From Chlorokybus atmophyticus (lineage: Eukaryota > Plantae > Mesostigma and Chlorokybus algae), in contig RHPI01002990.1 in assembly GCA_009103225.1 (NCBI GenBank), positions 576,767-640,766 of the forward strand: a DNA stretch of 64,000 bases. The letters run 5' to 3'. Both the position numbers and the translations under genes were made by a program. Shown in pieces: positions 11,995-25,120 of this stretch (its first letter is position 1; each line of letters starts with the position of its first letter). The notes under the pieces were generated by a model, which worked only from the letters and a program-made list of their open reading frames with translations, made no database searches and had not been told where the DNA came from.

Positions 11995-14900
11995 ATGCCA
12001 CAGGGTATTGTCGTGGAGGAGGCGTTGGAGGGTGCTGGGGAGGCGGAGGTCAAAGTGAACAAGGACCACAACCCATCGCCTGGACCTCCGCCGCCGCCCC
12101 TACGCAGCGCCGGCCCAACGCGGGAGCGCATTGACGTGCTGCAGATCAAGCGACGCTTCTTGCAGGTTGGACTTGTAGCTTGCTGCCTTACATGGGTAGT
12201 TAGGGTTTTGATTGTGCGCTGCAGAAGTGAAGCGCAGCAGTTAATTGTATGCACACATTGCTGGCGTGTTGCTGGTGTTTGATTGCTTGTGCACGAAGTG
12301 GGTTATAGCTGGCTGCAGCAGTAGCGTTGGACATGCATGGCGATGCCTTGCAAGTTCTATTCTGTATGTCCATATGCTTGCAACCAGTGCTCACTCCACC
12401 GTGCAGGCTTAGCCATGCCAAACAGAGTGGAAGGGATTGTCTTAGTTAGCCATACAGCGTTGCTTGACACGTGACAGTGTTTTGCTCTCTCAAGCTTCAG
12501 TGCAGGCATTCACATTTATGCGGCATGTGAATGTCAGGTGCGCACCACACTTGCATGCTGCTCTATGCCCGCTATGCATGTGCTAGATAAATGCGTCGGT
12601 TTGCTTTGCTTCCAGCCAGCATGCACTCGCAGAGCTGTAGCTTCACAAAGGCATAGCAGCAACATCGCTACCTTTTTACTGCACACACTTGCAAAAGCAT
12701 GCAAAGGTTGACGCAGTACTTTGTTGCATCTGTTACTTCCAGCATACACGCGCAAAGCCATAGTCTCATAATGCATAGCAGCAACACCACTACCACTGCA
12801 CCGTGCACACATTCGCATAAGCATGCAAAGGTTCATGCTGTGAGGTGTTGCACCCATACGACAGGCATTGGGGCCCAATGGTGAGGGCAAGTACTGGTCT
12901 CTTCTTCGGCAGTTCTTTGCCTTTAAGCTGTCAAAGCATGAGCTGGACGAGCTCATCCCCGACATCATCGGCGCTGAAAATCTTGCCCTTCACAACCAGG
13001 TACAGCTCGATCTGTTGACTACTAACTACACCTGAACACACACGCACACACACACGCGCGCTCTGCAGCTCATCAAGGCGATCCTGCACAATGCTGCTGT
13101 GGCAGCCGAACCTCCACCCAACATACCCGCAGATGCCAAACCTGTCGTGCGCCGTCGCCCTGCTCACGCATACATTGCACCGGTAAGTAGCTTGTACGTG
13201 TGCAACACTTTGTCCCTTGCGACATAAAAGAAGGTCAAGGAATAAAGAACACCGTGTGCAGGTGCGCAAGCACTCGGATGATGCACCGGCACTAGTCGCC
13301 GAGGACAACGGGGCCACACCTTCACCGAGCACGCAGGAGCGTAAGGTGTTCAGCCCGCGGGCCACAACAACCTCCAGCGACCACCACCCTCACCCTGGCG
13401 GCAGCGTCATCCACAAGCGCAAGCGTGCCAGCAAGGTGCGCCCCCCGCGCACCAGCCTCCCAAGAAGCGATGGCGAAGCACTGTTCAGGTTAGTTGGTTC
13501 ATGTGCTGTGTGCATGGTCCTTGGCACACTCAAGCACATCACCAAACATTCATATCCATGCCTTCTTGGTGGTGTAAGCCACCAACATCAAAGCAGCTGA
13601 CTTGTGTTTGGTGCTGTGTCAGTCCTGGAGACATTGCCACAGACTTGGAGCGTCCTCGACTGGCTGCTGCCGATGGCGCAGAGCCGGACATTGCAGCATC
13701 CAATGGGAACGCCAGCGAAATTGCCGCCAACACCACCGCCAACGTCAACCTGCAACAGGAGACTGAAGCCCCCCCCGCTGCACCCTACGTGGCCATGCCC
13801 AAGCGCCCGCACAAGCGCGTGGCAAAGGCTCGCACGTACAGCGACAAGCACCAGCAGCAGCAGATGGATAGGGAGAAAGGAGAGGGCAAGGTGGATGGCG
13901 TGCACGCCAGCAGCGATGCTACCACTCACACCGCTCCTTCGCTTCCTGCAGCTGCTGCTGCTAATGCTAACGCTGCCAACCATGTCAAAGCAACATTGGC
14001 TCCTCACCGCCCGCGCCCTATCAAAGTTCCCCGCTCTCCCGCCCACACACCCGCACAAGAGCACCACGCTGCTCCACACCGCACGCATGCATTCACAGTT
14101 CTGCCAACTTCTCCTCCTCCTGCAGAAGAACCACCAAGTGGCCCCATCGAGGTACGCACTTCACCTGCATACCCACATGCACTGTATGCACTTTTGCACC
14201 AACACAGTCTCACTGAGCTCTCTGTCCCCATTGCACGCAGGCTCCTTTTGGTGTCAGGTGGCATCCGTCTCAGCGTCCCGAGGGTCTCGCACGTTGGGCG
14301 GGTTCAGGGTTGCACCCGCGCCCAACCCACACAGTTTTGGGCGCACGCCTTGGGGGCGGCGCATCCACGCCTTTAGCTACAACAAGTGACTCACCCAACA
14401 TGTCTTCCCCCTCACCGTCTTCACCCTCCGCCCTCCCCGACCTCTCCACGCTTCGCGCGCAGATGCTCGGCCTCGCCTACGAACAGGGCCTGCGGGTGGG
14501 GTGTTGCTGCAACATGTGTGTGTGGGCGTGTAGTGGTGTTCAGTGGTGTTGTGCAGTTGACCTGATGTTGTTGTGTATTCAGGATGTGTCTGCGGACAGC
14601 GTGGGTGTCATGCACACGGCGCTCGAGCAGTTTCTCAAGTCTATCGTGCAAAAATGCATCCAACTTGCACAGAAAGGCAACCGCCGGCTGCCTACCCGAC
14701 CTTACACTGCTGCAAGGTAACAATGCCATCCTTGCAAGACGTGTATACACAACATGTATGTAGTGACTCCCTCTGTACTGTAACCACCAACATTCAACCA
14801 ACTACTGGTTTCAGGCGACATGCGGGTGATGCATTGAGGGCTGGCGCGGGGGTTTCTGGCGGGGGAGAGGGACTGTGCACGATTACGCCACGGGACCTCA

Positions 14901-15001
14901 TGGCTGCCATTGCCACCGACACCACAGCCACAAGCACGAATGGCCACCTGTTCGGTGATACACTGGTGCTCAGTAGAGAACGCGTGGCCATGCTGCTATA
15001 G
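11995..15001 (+). CDS. ADA1: SAGA complex subunit ADA1/HFI1/TADA1-like (SAGA-Tad1 domain), multi-exon
   Basis: Spliced RIDVLQIKRRFLQ|ALGPNGEGKYWSLLRQFFAFKLSKHELDELIPDIIGAENLALHNQ|LIKAILHNA matches the Tad1 N-domain; C-terminal LPDLSTLRAQMLGLAYEQGLR|DVSADSVGVMHTALEQFLKSIVQKC is the histone-fold region; stop TAG at 14999-15001. Confidence 0.82.
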
Positions 15002-15455
15002 CTGTACGTGCACGCGGGGCGGGGTTCTTGTGTTTCTTATATTGTATGCATAAGCGTTGTGTAAAGGATAGAGTCATAGCACGGTGAGAGTATACGTCTT
15101 GAGGACATGAGTTGCTGCACCAGATGCAGTAAGGTTGTTGTAACGTCAATGCGTGCTGCATGTCGTGTAAACATGTAGGAGCAAATGTCAGCTCAACGCG
15201 TCTTCTTTTTCAAGCGCTTTACGTGCTTCAACCCAACAACACGCCTGCCAGTGGTCACAATCACGAAAACGACGTATAACAACATTCATCAAATGTTACA
15301 AGCAATCTGCAAAGACCACATGGCCATGGGGACAGTCACCAATTTGAGATGAAGTCTGGTAAAACTTGTAGACCATAGCATGTCACAAGCCAACCAGCAT
15401 ATCGCGCTGAGTCACATGCCCATGCAGTAATCAGTTGTGAAATGTGATTTGTCAA

Positions 15456-15699
<244 letters not shown>

Positions 15700-16118
15700 N
15701 ACATCCCACATGCACGTCCTGACATTGGCTAAATACCTGCATCTACAACACTTGGACAGACCATACCTCTACTTCGCCCTATGCGTGTAGCATAGCACCG
15801 TGCTCTTAGCTGCTAATAGCAGTGCTATCATATATATACCACCATGCTTAGCCACGCACGCCGTAGTTCGCAGTGAAGTTCTCATACGTAGCACACTGGA
15901 CTCGAGAACCTTCTGGGAAATCCGCTGCTGCCCTGGTGCGGCGATCTGCTGCCACATTGCAGTGCGCGAAACCGCGTTTTAGGGTTGGGGCCAAAGCAAA
16001 CCTCGCAAGCAACGAAGTCAAGAAGAGCGACCGTTTGTTGGCGGCGGCGGCGGTGGCGGCAAGGCAGGAGGAAGGAGTGGAGGAGCCGCAGATTAGGGTC
16101 GCTGGCCTTGACGACGTC

Positions 16119-19100
16119 ATGGCTGACGAGCACAAAGCCAAGGGCAACGCCGCCTTCAGCGCCGGCAAGTACGACGAGGCCGTGGAGCACTTCACCAAGG
16201 GCATAGAGGTTAGGCTGTGTTGCATTCCCTTACCATCACCAAGGATGCCCCATTGGGCATGCATGATGAGGGTTAGGATCTGACATTAGTTTCACTCTGC
16301 CTGACTGTTGGCTTGCCATAACTGCACTTGACAATCTCTCCAGACAGCAGCAAGCATCGATGGTGTGCCATGCCACGATTGAGTTGCACAGGTTGTTTTC
16401 ATTTCTTCCTTCTGTTGAGCAATGCATGTACGCGTCATAATTCAGGCATTGTCTGAGCCTCAGCATGCGTATAAAAACACTTGCAGCGGGATGCCTAAAC
16501 TATGCATTGCAAGTGTTGAGTCAGGTAGGCTTGGCGACAGCTTGCAGTATGCGCATGACCGCACTCGCAACCTCTTGTCCATTAGCTAATCAGCAGTGAT
16601 TGAAGTAAATTACAGCAAAGCTTGCATGCATTGTGCGCAGACAACGAGGTGGAACCGCTCAGCCATCTTCCATCTTGCACAGTAGCATGCAAGCTGGTAG
16701 TATCATGAGCGCATGTTCTTGAGCTTCGGCATTATTCTGGCCCTGATCAGGCTTTCTTTTGATATTTACTTCAGCAGCAGACCAAATTGTTCTTTCCATT
16801 CTACAGGTTGATCCCACAAACCATGTGCTGTACAGCAATCGCTCCGCTGCCAACGCCTCACTGAAGCGCTTCTCTGAAGCTTTCGATGATGCCAATAAGA
16901 CGGTACGTACATAACGCAATGTGCATAGTATAATTGTTGCATCCTTGTTGCGTGCTAGTTTCCTATTGACATGCATGCGTGTGTATGCTTATTACCTCAG
17001 ACCGAACTCAAGCCGGACTGGTCCAAAGGTTACAATAGAAAGGGGGCCGCTCTCTATGGGCTCGGACGGCTCGATGAAGCAATCGAAGCTTACCAGAAAG
17101 GCTTGGAGATTGAGCCCTCGAGCGCACCACTCAAACAGGCTCTTGAAGAGGTTCGTGCCTGTGCTGTCCAACACATGTGCACTTATGCGCGCGCGCGCGC
17201 ACACACGCACATTGTTCGTCTCAATAGTCGTGTTGTCATTGCAGGTTCAAGCGGCCAAAGGTTCTGCTGAAGGCGGCCCCGGGCACAGTCTTGGTGCGAT
17301 GTTCAGCGGGCCCGACGTGTGGGCAAAGATTGCACAGAGCCCTCAGACAAGGGCTTACCTTGCACAGCCAGACTTTGTTGCCAAGCTGCAGGTGCAACAC
17401 ATTGTTGTTGCAAATGTTTCAGCACCTTTGTGGAGATGTTGTGTAGCTCATGCGCGTGCATCTTATCCAGGAGGTGCAAAGGAATCCCAACAGCCTCAAT
17501 AAACACCTGAACGATCCCCGCATGCTGCAAGTGCTCGGCGTTGTCATGGGCATCAACATACAGACAGCTGCACCGGGTGACGACATCAAGTTCCCAGAGG
17601 CAGAGGAGGTGTGCATTGTGTGTGGCGCTTTTACTCCTTGCGTGTACTTCTATCTGATGTAGCAGTATATACAACATGTTGACATGTCGTTTGCAATCAG
17701 CAGGCTGAGCCACCAGCAGTAGCGTCCTCGACAGACAGCGCGAAGCCAATGGAAGAAGACAGGCCGTCGTCTGCGAAGGCTGCACCTGAGCCGGAGGTAG
17801 AGACGGGAGGTGAAGAGAAGGAAGAGCTGGAGCGCAAGAAAGCAGCCAAGGTATTGTTGGTTACATTGCATGCAATGTGCATGGCTGAGAAACCTCCAGC
17901 GTGCTTGTTGTCCACACACTCTGCATGCATAATGCCTACAGAGTGTGTGCACACGCTTGTGCATGGGCACATTGCGATGTATGTTGTGGTGAGAATATGA
18001 ATACTCTCACCGCAATATGTTGCGATTCAACGAGCTGAGGTCATTCCTGCATTATCCCAGGCGGAGGCGCAGAAGGAGAAAGAGCTGGGGACAGCAGCGT
18101 ACAAGAAGAAAGACTTTGATGCGGCCGCGCAGCATTACACGAGGGCCTTTGAGCTGGATGATACGGACGTCACTCACCTCACCAACCGCGCAGCAGTTAA
18201 CTTGGAATCTGGAAAGGTATGCCGTTGTGAGCTCTTGTGTCGTCGCTTTCTGTTGCCATGCAGACAATGGAAATGCACTCATCTACTCCTCTGTCAAGCA
18301 TAGGTCCATGCAACATGTTTGCAGCGGGTTGCATGTGGTAGCTTTTGCTAGTTTCCATATCACACTTGGGAGTTGGGTGGATTGGAACCGAAACTTTTTG
18401 CACCTTCTTTGCGTACAGTTTGATAAGTGCATAGCCGATTGTGACAAAGCCGTTGAGCGCGCTCGCGAGCTACGAGGCGATTACTCGCTGATCGCTAAGG
18501 CCCTTACACGGAAAGGCAATGCATACCTAAAGAAGGCAAATAAGGTAATGGCGATAGCGTACACGCGTTCTGTACAGTCAACGCCAGGCATGTAAATACA
18601 TGCTGACGACATTACCAGGCTGAAGACTACAAACCGGCTATTGAAGCATACCAAAAAGCATTGACGGAGCATCGCAACCCCGACACGTTGAAGCGGTTGA
18701 ACGAGGCTGAGAAGAAGATGAAAGACCTCGAAGGGCAGGAGTACCTCAACCCGGAGCTGGCACAGCAAGAAAGAGAGAAAGGTGAGTGCTGGCTTGGCTA
18801 CATGCAATGCAAGTTTCCTCTCCTGCATGTGGTTGGAAGCAAAAATCAAGACAATCCAACTGATTGGCTTGTTTACATGTGTTGCAGGCAATGAGCTGTT
18901 CAAGGATGGGAAGTTTGCTGATGCAGTGAAAGCATACACGGAGGCGTTGCGAAGAGACCCAACAGACTACAGGGTGTACTCGAACCGAGCAGCGTGCTAC
19001 ACAAAGCTCATGTCGTTGAACGATGGGTTGAAGGATGCAGAGAAGTGCATCGAGCTTGCCCCCGATTTCGTGAAAGGGTACTCGCGGAAGGGCCACATTC

Positions 19101-19692
19101 AATTCTTTATGAAGGACTACGAGAAGGCGCTCGAGACATATCAAGTATGTGTATCTGTGCAGGCCCTGAAATCGAAGTAGAGGTGTGTCCTGATGACGCA
19201 ACCAACACAACCATCTGTCTCTGTTTTCATAGGCTGGGTTGAAGCATGATCCCAATAATGAGGAGTTGAAAGATGGCGTGGCGAGGAGTATGGACGCGTT
19301 GCGGCGATTTGCCTCTGGCCAGGGTTTGTCCGATCAGGAGCTCAAAGAACGACAAGCCAAGGCGCTGCAAGACCCGGAGGTCCAGGGCATTCTTTCAGAT
19401 CCTGTCATGCGACAGGTGCGCAAGAGTTAACTGCAGTTGCACTGAGCACACCATAACATCAACTAGTTGATGTGTACGTACCTGTGCGCATGAGCATGCG
19501 AGTGTGCGCGCGTGTGTGTGCGTCGGTGGCACATTCGCTCTGTTAGAGTTGTGCTGATCACGCAGCTTGTTCTTGCAGGTGCTCAACGATTTCGAGTCAG
19601 ATCCAAGAGCTGCACAGCATCATCTGCAGAACGCTGTCATTCGCACAAGGTTACAAAAGCTCATAAACGCTGGCATCATCCGAGTGGCGTAG
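16119..19692 (+). CDS. HOP: Hsp70-Hsp90 organising protein (STI1/HOP), TPR1-DP1-TPR2A-TPR2B-DP2, multi-exon
   Basis: MADEHKAKGNAAFSAGKYDEAVEHFT; VDPTNHVLYSNRSAA; ELKPDWSKGYNRKGAA; DPRMLQVLGV; EHRNPDTLKRLNEAEK; GNELFKDGKFADAVKAYTEALRRDP; ALQDPEVQGILSDPVMRQ|VLNDF..KLINAGII*. All joins are GT-AG. Confidence 0.97.
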
Positions 19693-20113
19693 TATCGAGT
19701 GCTCGCAGCAGGCTTCTCTTTCATTGGTCAGCTGTTTGGAACTTTGCTCTTAGCGTGTTAGGGTCTAGCTGTTGAGTTGAATACATTGTGCATACCCTAC
19801 CAGCCCGCCAAGTGTCGTGCTTGGCAGAACACTCGGTGTTTTTTTTTTCTCAAGCCTGCATCTGCCTGCAGAGGTGGTTTGCAGTTCATAATGCGTTGGT
19901 GTACGGACACAATCTGCCATGACGGGACTGCAACCCCACAGTCTGTACCTGACATGGCCAGGTTTGTATAAAAATCTAAGGCACTACTCCTCACATGCAA
20001 AGTTACACATTCCATGTCCAGCACCAGCATGCATCAACACTTCTCCCACATTTGCATGTGCAAGTTCCCCTTGCATCTATACTACACATAAGATTACAAG
20101 GGAATGCACATGA

Positions 20114-20145
<32 letters not shown>

Positions 20146-21912
20146 TGCATGCGCGTGCGCATGCGCGTGTGCGTGTGCGCGCGCAAAGGAGCGTGTGCTT
20201 GTAGGGTCACATGCATAGTGTGACAAGCATCAGTCATGCATGTTGTCACGCGTACCACACATGCCAGTTGCAGTCAATACTATTTCACCATCGGTCTCAA
20301 GCTATGTACTTCCTGACACGCTACAACTACTTGGCTACCCCGTTAGTCATGCATGCATACATGTACGTTCAATCATCACCTGTGGACGGCACCAGTCACA
20401 GTGTCAGGAGTAACGTAGTATGGACACAGAGCAGCCTTACAGCACAGGACAGTGCAGTGTGCGAATGCGCTCCCCCCTCCCCCTCTCTTCCTCTCGCCCC
20501 TCCTTCCCTCTCTCTCTCCTCTCTCCTCTCACGCCCCCTCTCCCTCCTCCCTCAGTTGTGTGATGTATGCTATGCGTGTGCTCAACATACCTCAGGCAGA
20601 CCACCACCAATCACCGGGCACAACTGATCACTCTACTCCTCTGTGTACCTGGCAAATGCGGGTGCATGTGGAGTGTTGGACTAAGATGTGAAGGCTGCAG
20701 TAATTTTGCACAACTAGGAACAACAAAGCACAAAGAGAACCACCAGGCAACACCATGAAGTGGGGTTGTACCGGCATGCGTGTGAGCGTGCTTGTGCAGT
20801 GATAGGCAGAGATGACAGTACGTAGCTTGGTGTGACGATGTAATAGGCATGGATGACAGTACGTAGCTATGTGTGACGATGTTGCTGTACTAGTAATGAG
20901 AGAGTGTACCAGGGGGTAGGAGTACAGGTGTAGGGTATACAACACCACAATACATCTTGTGGCTTACTACCAGGCCGACCTCCCCACCCAGTGAAGGCTA
21001 GCAGACCAAACTTTACCAGATATGGCCAGCTGCAGTGCAAGAGGCAAACATCAAGAGGAGAGTAATACTGAGAGTAATACATAGCTGCATATGTAACGGT
21101 TCCATGGAGTACGTTGTCCGGACATCTTAATATCGTTGTGGTGCTATACTACTATTGTTACTAAGATTGCATTGTCTTCGCATCATAATACAAAATATGA
21201 TGACGCAATGTATCTGCACCAATGTCAGTACCACCCTCAACCATTCCACAAACGTTATGTACTGAGATTGGTACCACACTTGCAGTGCGAAGCATATGAT
21301 CTTTGGTTGATGCTGTCCGGTAGGGTATTACCGAAACAACTCGTAACGTTGTACTCTATCACCATACTGGTCACGATAACAAGATATGTTCTGGTGGCTT
21401 GCACAGAGAATGCGTGCTGCACAAGATTCCTTTTGCGTCATAATGCATACTCGCAGGGTAATGTTGCTTCATACTGCACAGCTGGATAGCAGGTATTCAC
21501 ATTACACACAACCAGCACCATATGGGCAGGCAGTGACAGACAGTGTGGCACTGCAAATAAAGACCAGTGTTTTACAGCTTGTGTGCAAGCTGTATGCACC
21601 ATATGCAATAAACCATGTTAGCACTACCAACGTGTGGGTCACTGGTCTACTAGAACTAAACTACAACACTGATGCTTATACCTAACACTTGGGAGAGCGT
21701 GTAGACGGGGGCAAAAGCAATTTATCTCCTAGATAGAGCGTCTTGCTTGTTAGGAGGTTCAGCTTGGTCTTGATGTGTCCAAACCCGCTGAAGACGCCCA
21801 TGGGGCGGTTGGCCTGCAAGCCAAGGCAGTGAGATACTTGTGTAGAAAAGCTACACAATTGACTGTTGCTCGCTGCCAGGGAGCTGCATGGCTTACGTGT
21901 CTAGATCACCGA

Positions 21913-24900
21913 TCACCTTGGAGCACCACGAGACGGGCCAGAGGCAGTTGTACCACCACTGGGGAGAACCTCCTGTAACGCGCACACAAATGAGGTGCTG
22001 CATTCATGCATGCTACTGCCTACTAACCAACGTAGTCATGCCGCAGTACTACTCACCACATCAACGGATGGGTACTGAGGACCCTTGGCTGCAGGAACGT
22101 AGCTTGCTGCACAGGAGTAAAAAGCGCTTAGACTACTATGCTTGCACGGGTAACAGATTCTTTACAAACACCAGAAGGTAAATATGATTGCTCACCGCCA
22201 GCAGCGGTGTTTTGCTGAGAGGCGCGCTTGCGTCTCCTCAGACACAAGCAGAGGAGCAAGAGCAGGAGGAGGACACCAACGACTGATCCAATGACAATGC
22301 CGGCGATAGCGCCGCCAGAGAGACCACCATTGCCATTATCTGAAGCCGGGCCGGGTGCAGGGGCTGCAATCACCCATTTGATAAAGCAATCAGCTTGCAT
22401 GAAGCGCAATCTGAAGAAGATGAAACCCTGATGTGTTACATACCTGGTGTGTATGGGATGACGCTACCGCTCTGCGCAATGGTGGTGACACCGAGACCTG
22501 CATCCCAAGTTGTTGTGAGATCACATGTATGCCACTGGAACAAAGTTGCCGAGTGACGCAGTGCTCACCTGCACCGTTCAGGATGCCAATCAGGTTGCGG
22601 TCAGAGATGCCGTTGCTGTCACCAATGCTGTCCAATTGGGCAGAAACCTCGTTGACATATGTGTCAAAGACAGAGACTGTGAAACCAATGTCCACACACT
22701 CAGGGTCGCCAGATCGCTCGGTGTAGTTTGCAACAGTGATGTTTTGGGGCCTGCAGTTAGAGAGCTTGGTAAGTTCAGCTCGTAGGCAACCCATATTAGT
22801 AAGACGAGACATGGAAGATATCGACACACGTACGTCACTTCATAGTCGCCAGGGAGGTTGATGAATGTGGCGAGGCCCTCTTCAAACTGTGCTTGCTTGG
22901 TGCTGTTGAATGGAATTAACGAGCCAGTCGGCCCGCAAACCGTGTAGCTCCCAGACAACAGCTCAGCAGTAGCTGCAGGGTTGCTTAGGTCAGAATCCAA
23001 ACAGCATATAGTGGTAGCAGCACTCTACTGGGATAGACTCACGTGTGACGAGTGAGGCGGGGGTCTGAAGGACAACATCGTCCACACCAAGCCCATTGCC
23101 GTTGAGCAATAACACAAAGTCGCTGTTGCCTGCTGTCAACCCGTTGATCTGCTGCTGCAACAGCGTGGCATTCTCAACACTTGTGCTGACTGTGAAGAAT
23201 AGAGTCACCAGGTCGGTTGTGCTGTTGGTGGCCTCCGTGTAGTTGTTGATGGTGATTGAATCCGTGCTGTGCAACACAAGGCAGTTGAGTCACAATCCAC
23301 GCCCAATCAGCCAACACCATAATGTGGACGGACACTAATGACCAAATCAGCTGCATGCACGTACGAGATGAGCAGGGCATCAGCGACGGAGTTGATGAAG
23401 GCTTGCTGGCGCGTCGAGTTGAATGGAATCAAAGTGCCATTCGGACCAATGAGGGTGAATCCAGCTGTGATGCTCACAAAAGTAGTGTTCACACCTGCAA
23501 CAGGTTCAAGTAAGAAACAGATGCTATAGTAGCAAAACTGCACTGAACCTACATCGCACTGCTATCAACTAACCTGGAGCAGGGGCTGGAGAGCCACCAG
23601 GCAGGCACTGAGCGCTGGCAAGGTTGAATGGTGCATAATCGCAGACTGCCACAAGCAGGTTGTTGAGAACGGTGCACACAAGCATGAGAACTGCTGTGCA
23701 GCCAACGCATTGAAGCCACTCACCATATGACGGGCAGATGGGCTGGTCCACGCCTGGTGCGGGTGCGGCAGCTTGCAGAAGGCGGCGAGACCCTCGCGAA
23801 GCAGTGGCGACATACTCCAATCGGCACAGCTTGCAGCCCGGCTCTGCCGTGCAGCCAACCTTGCTTGAGGAGTTGAAGCAGTCGAAGCTGAAGAACTGAT
23901 ATGTCACGCCCAAGTCAACATTGGGGCTGGATGTGCGCAGGCACCGGGCAACAGCACCAGCAGGAATTGTCGAGGGGCTAGGTGCTGGTGCAGTGGTAGG
24001 GGTAGGAACACTGGAGGGACCTGGAGCGGGAGCAGAGGCCTTGAATGGGAAAGGCCCGAGTCCATAGTAGTCCTCACCTGCAAGCCATTGCTTAGCACAA
24101 CTTGTCTGCGGTTGATCCGCGTCACAACATACTCAGGCAAGGCAAATCAAATACCGCTCACCATCGGGGCCCAGGCAGGCATTTGCTGTGTAGTACGACC
24201 TGCAGACGCATGGAGGGCACACTGGCAGGTTGACTGACGCAGGCGCACTGGGGGCCTTGCACCTCCTGCAGCTCTCAGTGCCTGTGCAACCCGTCAGACT
24301 AGTACCGTTGACACAACGAGTATCGAGGAACTCGTAGCCAAGCCCAGTGTTCACGTTGACGTCGGCATTGGCAAAGCACACAGCATTGGCAGCGCAGTCG
24401 GGAGCAGGTGGACCATTGAAAGGAGGCAGGGCTTGTCCCTGTGTGCGACTGCCTGCCTCAGCGCCCATGCAATGACATCATGACAAATGCACGTTATTTT
24501 GCGTCATAGCAACACAAAGGACGGACAGTCCGTCTGAGCAATTAGCAACTTCACTATGGTTGGCTCAATGTTGGGAGCAAGCTCACCTCACAGCCGAAGG
24601 CATTGGGGAACTCATTGCAGACGCAGCGCGGGCAGATGGGGTACGAGACATCTACGACCTCAGCAGCATACTGTGTTTTGCAGCGCCTGCATCCGCTACC
24701 AGGGTCTAAGCAGAAAGAGGTGCCGGCATCGACAAGGGTGCAGAGCCTATCGTAGTAGAGGAAGCCAACGCCGGTGTTGTAGTTCGGCGGCTCTGTTGTG
24801 CGAGTGAAGTTGAAGCATGGATTGTGAACGGCACAACCTCCACCAGGAGCAGGTGCAGGCGCGCGCTGTGCGCCAACCTGTGAGACTAAGGCGTCAGCTG

Positions 24901-25120
24901 ACACGGTTTGAGAGGTTTTCAGCAGCAGAATACTCCTCACTGCTATGCTGACAGTGAGCTACGGGGCCACGCCCAGCACTCACAGATGCTTCTACCAGAC
25001 GACAGCTGCATATGAAGTTGACCGTGAACTCCAACATGGTACAGGACTCACCTGAGCGACACCAACTGCGCAGACAACCGCTAAAGCGAGCAACGCAAGG
25101 GCGCCACGACCGTGCGCCAT
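21913..25120 (-). CDS. Single-pass cell-surface protein: signal peptide, 3 Cys-rich repeats, AP/PAPAP linkers, 2 SEA-like repeats, TM helix, short tail
   Basis: Exon 1 MAHGRGALALLALAVVCAVGVAQ (25120-25052); repeats N.NxG(V/L)..(Y/F)..D..C....GC.....C(R/K)xC.......P(I/V)CPxxxC; two (F/Y)T(L/V)xGPxGxLIPFNST(R/K)QxxF units; TM GGAIAGIVIGSVVGVLLLLLLLCLCLRRRKR; last exon EVLPSGGTTASGPSRGAPR* (TGA at 21915-21913). Confidence 0.8.

Noticed and set aside
15978-15986. Telo-box-like TTTAGGGTT upstream of HOP
   Set aside because: Single imperfect short motif, not distinguishable from chance without comparative data.
21092-21380. TGTAACGG...ACA segment as another solo LTR
   Set aside because: No similarity to the LTR family beyond 8 bp and no matching TSD (GCATA versus AGATA).
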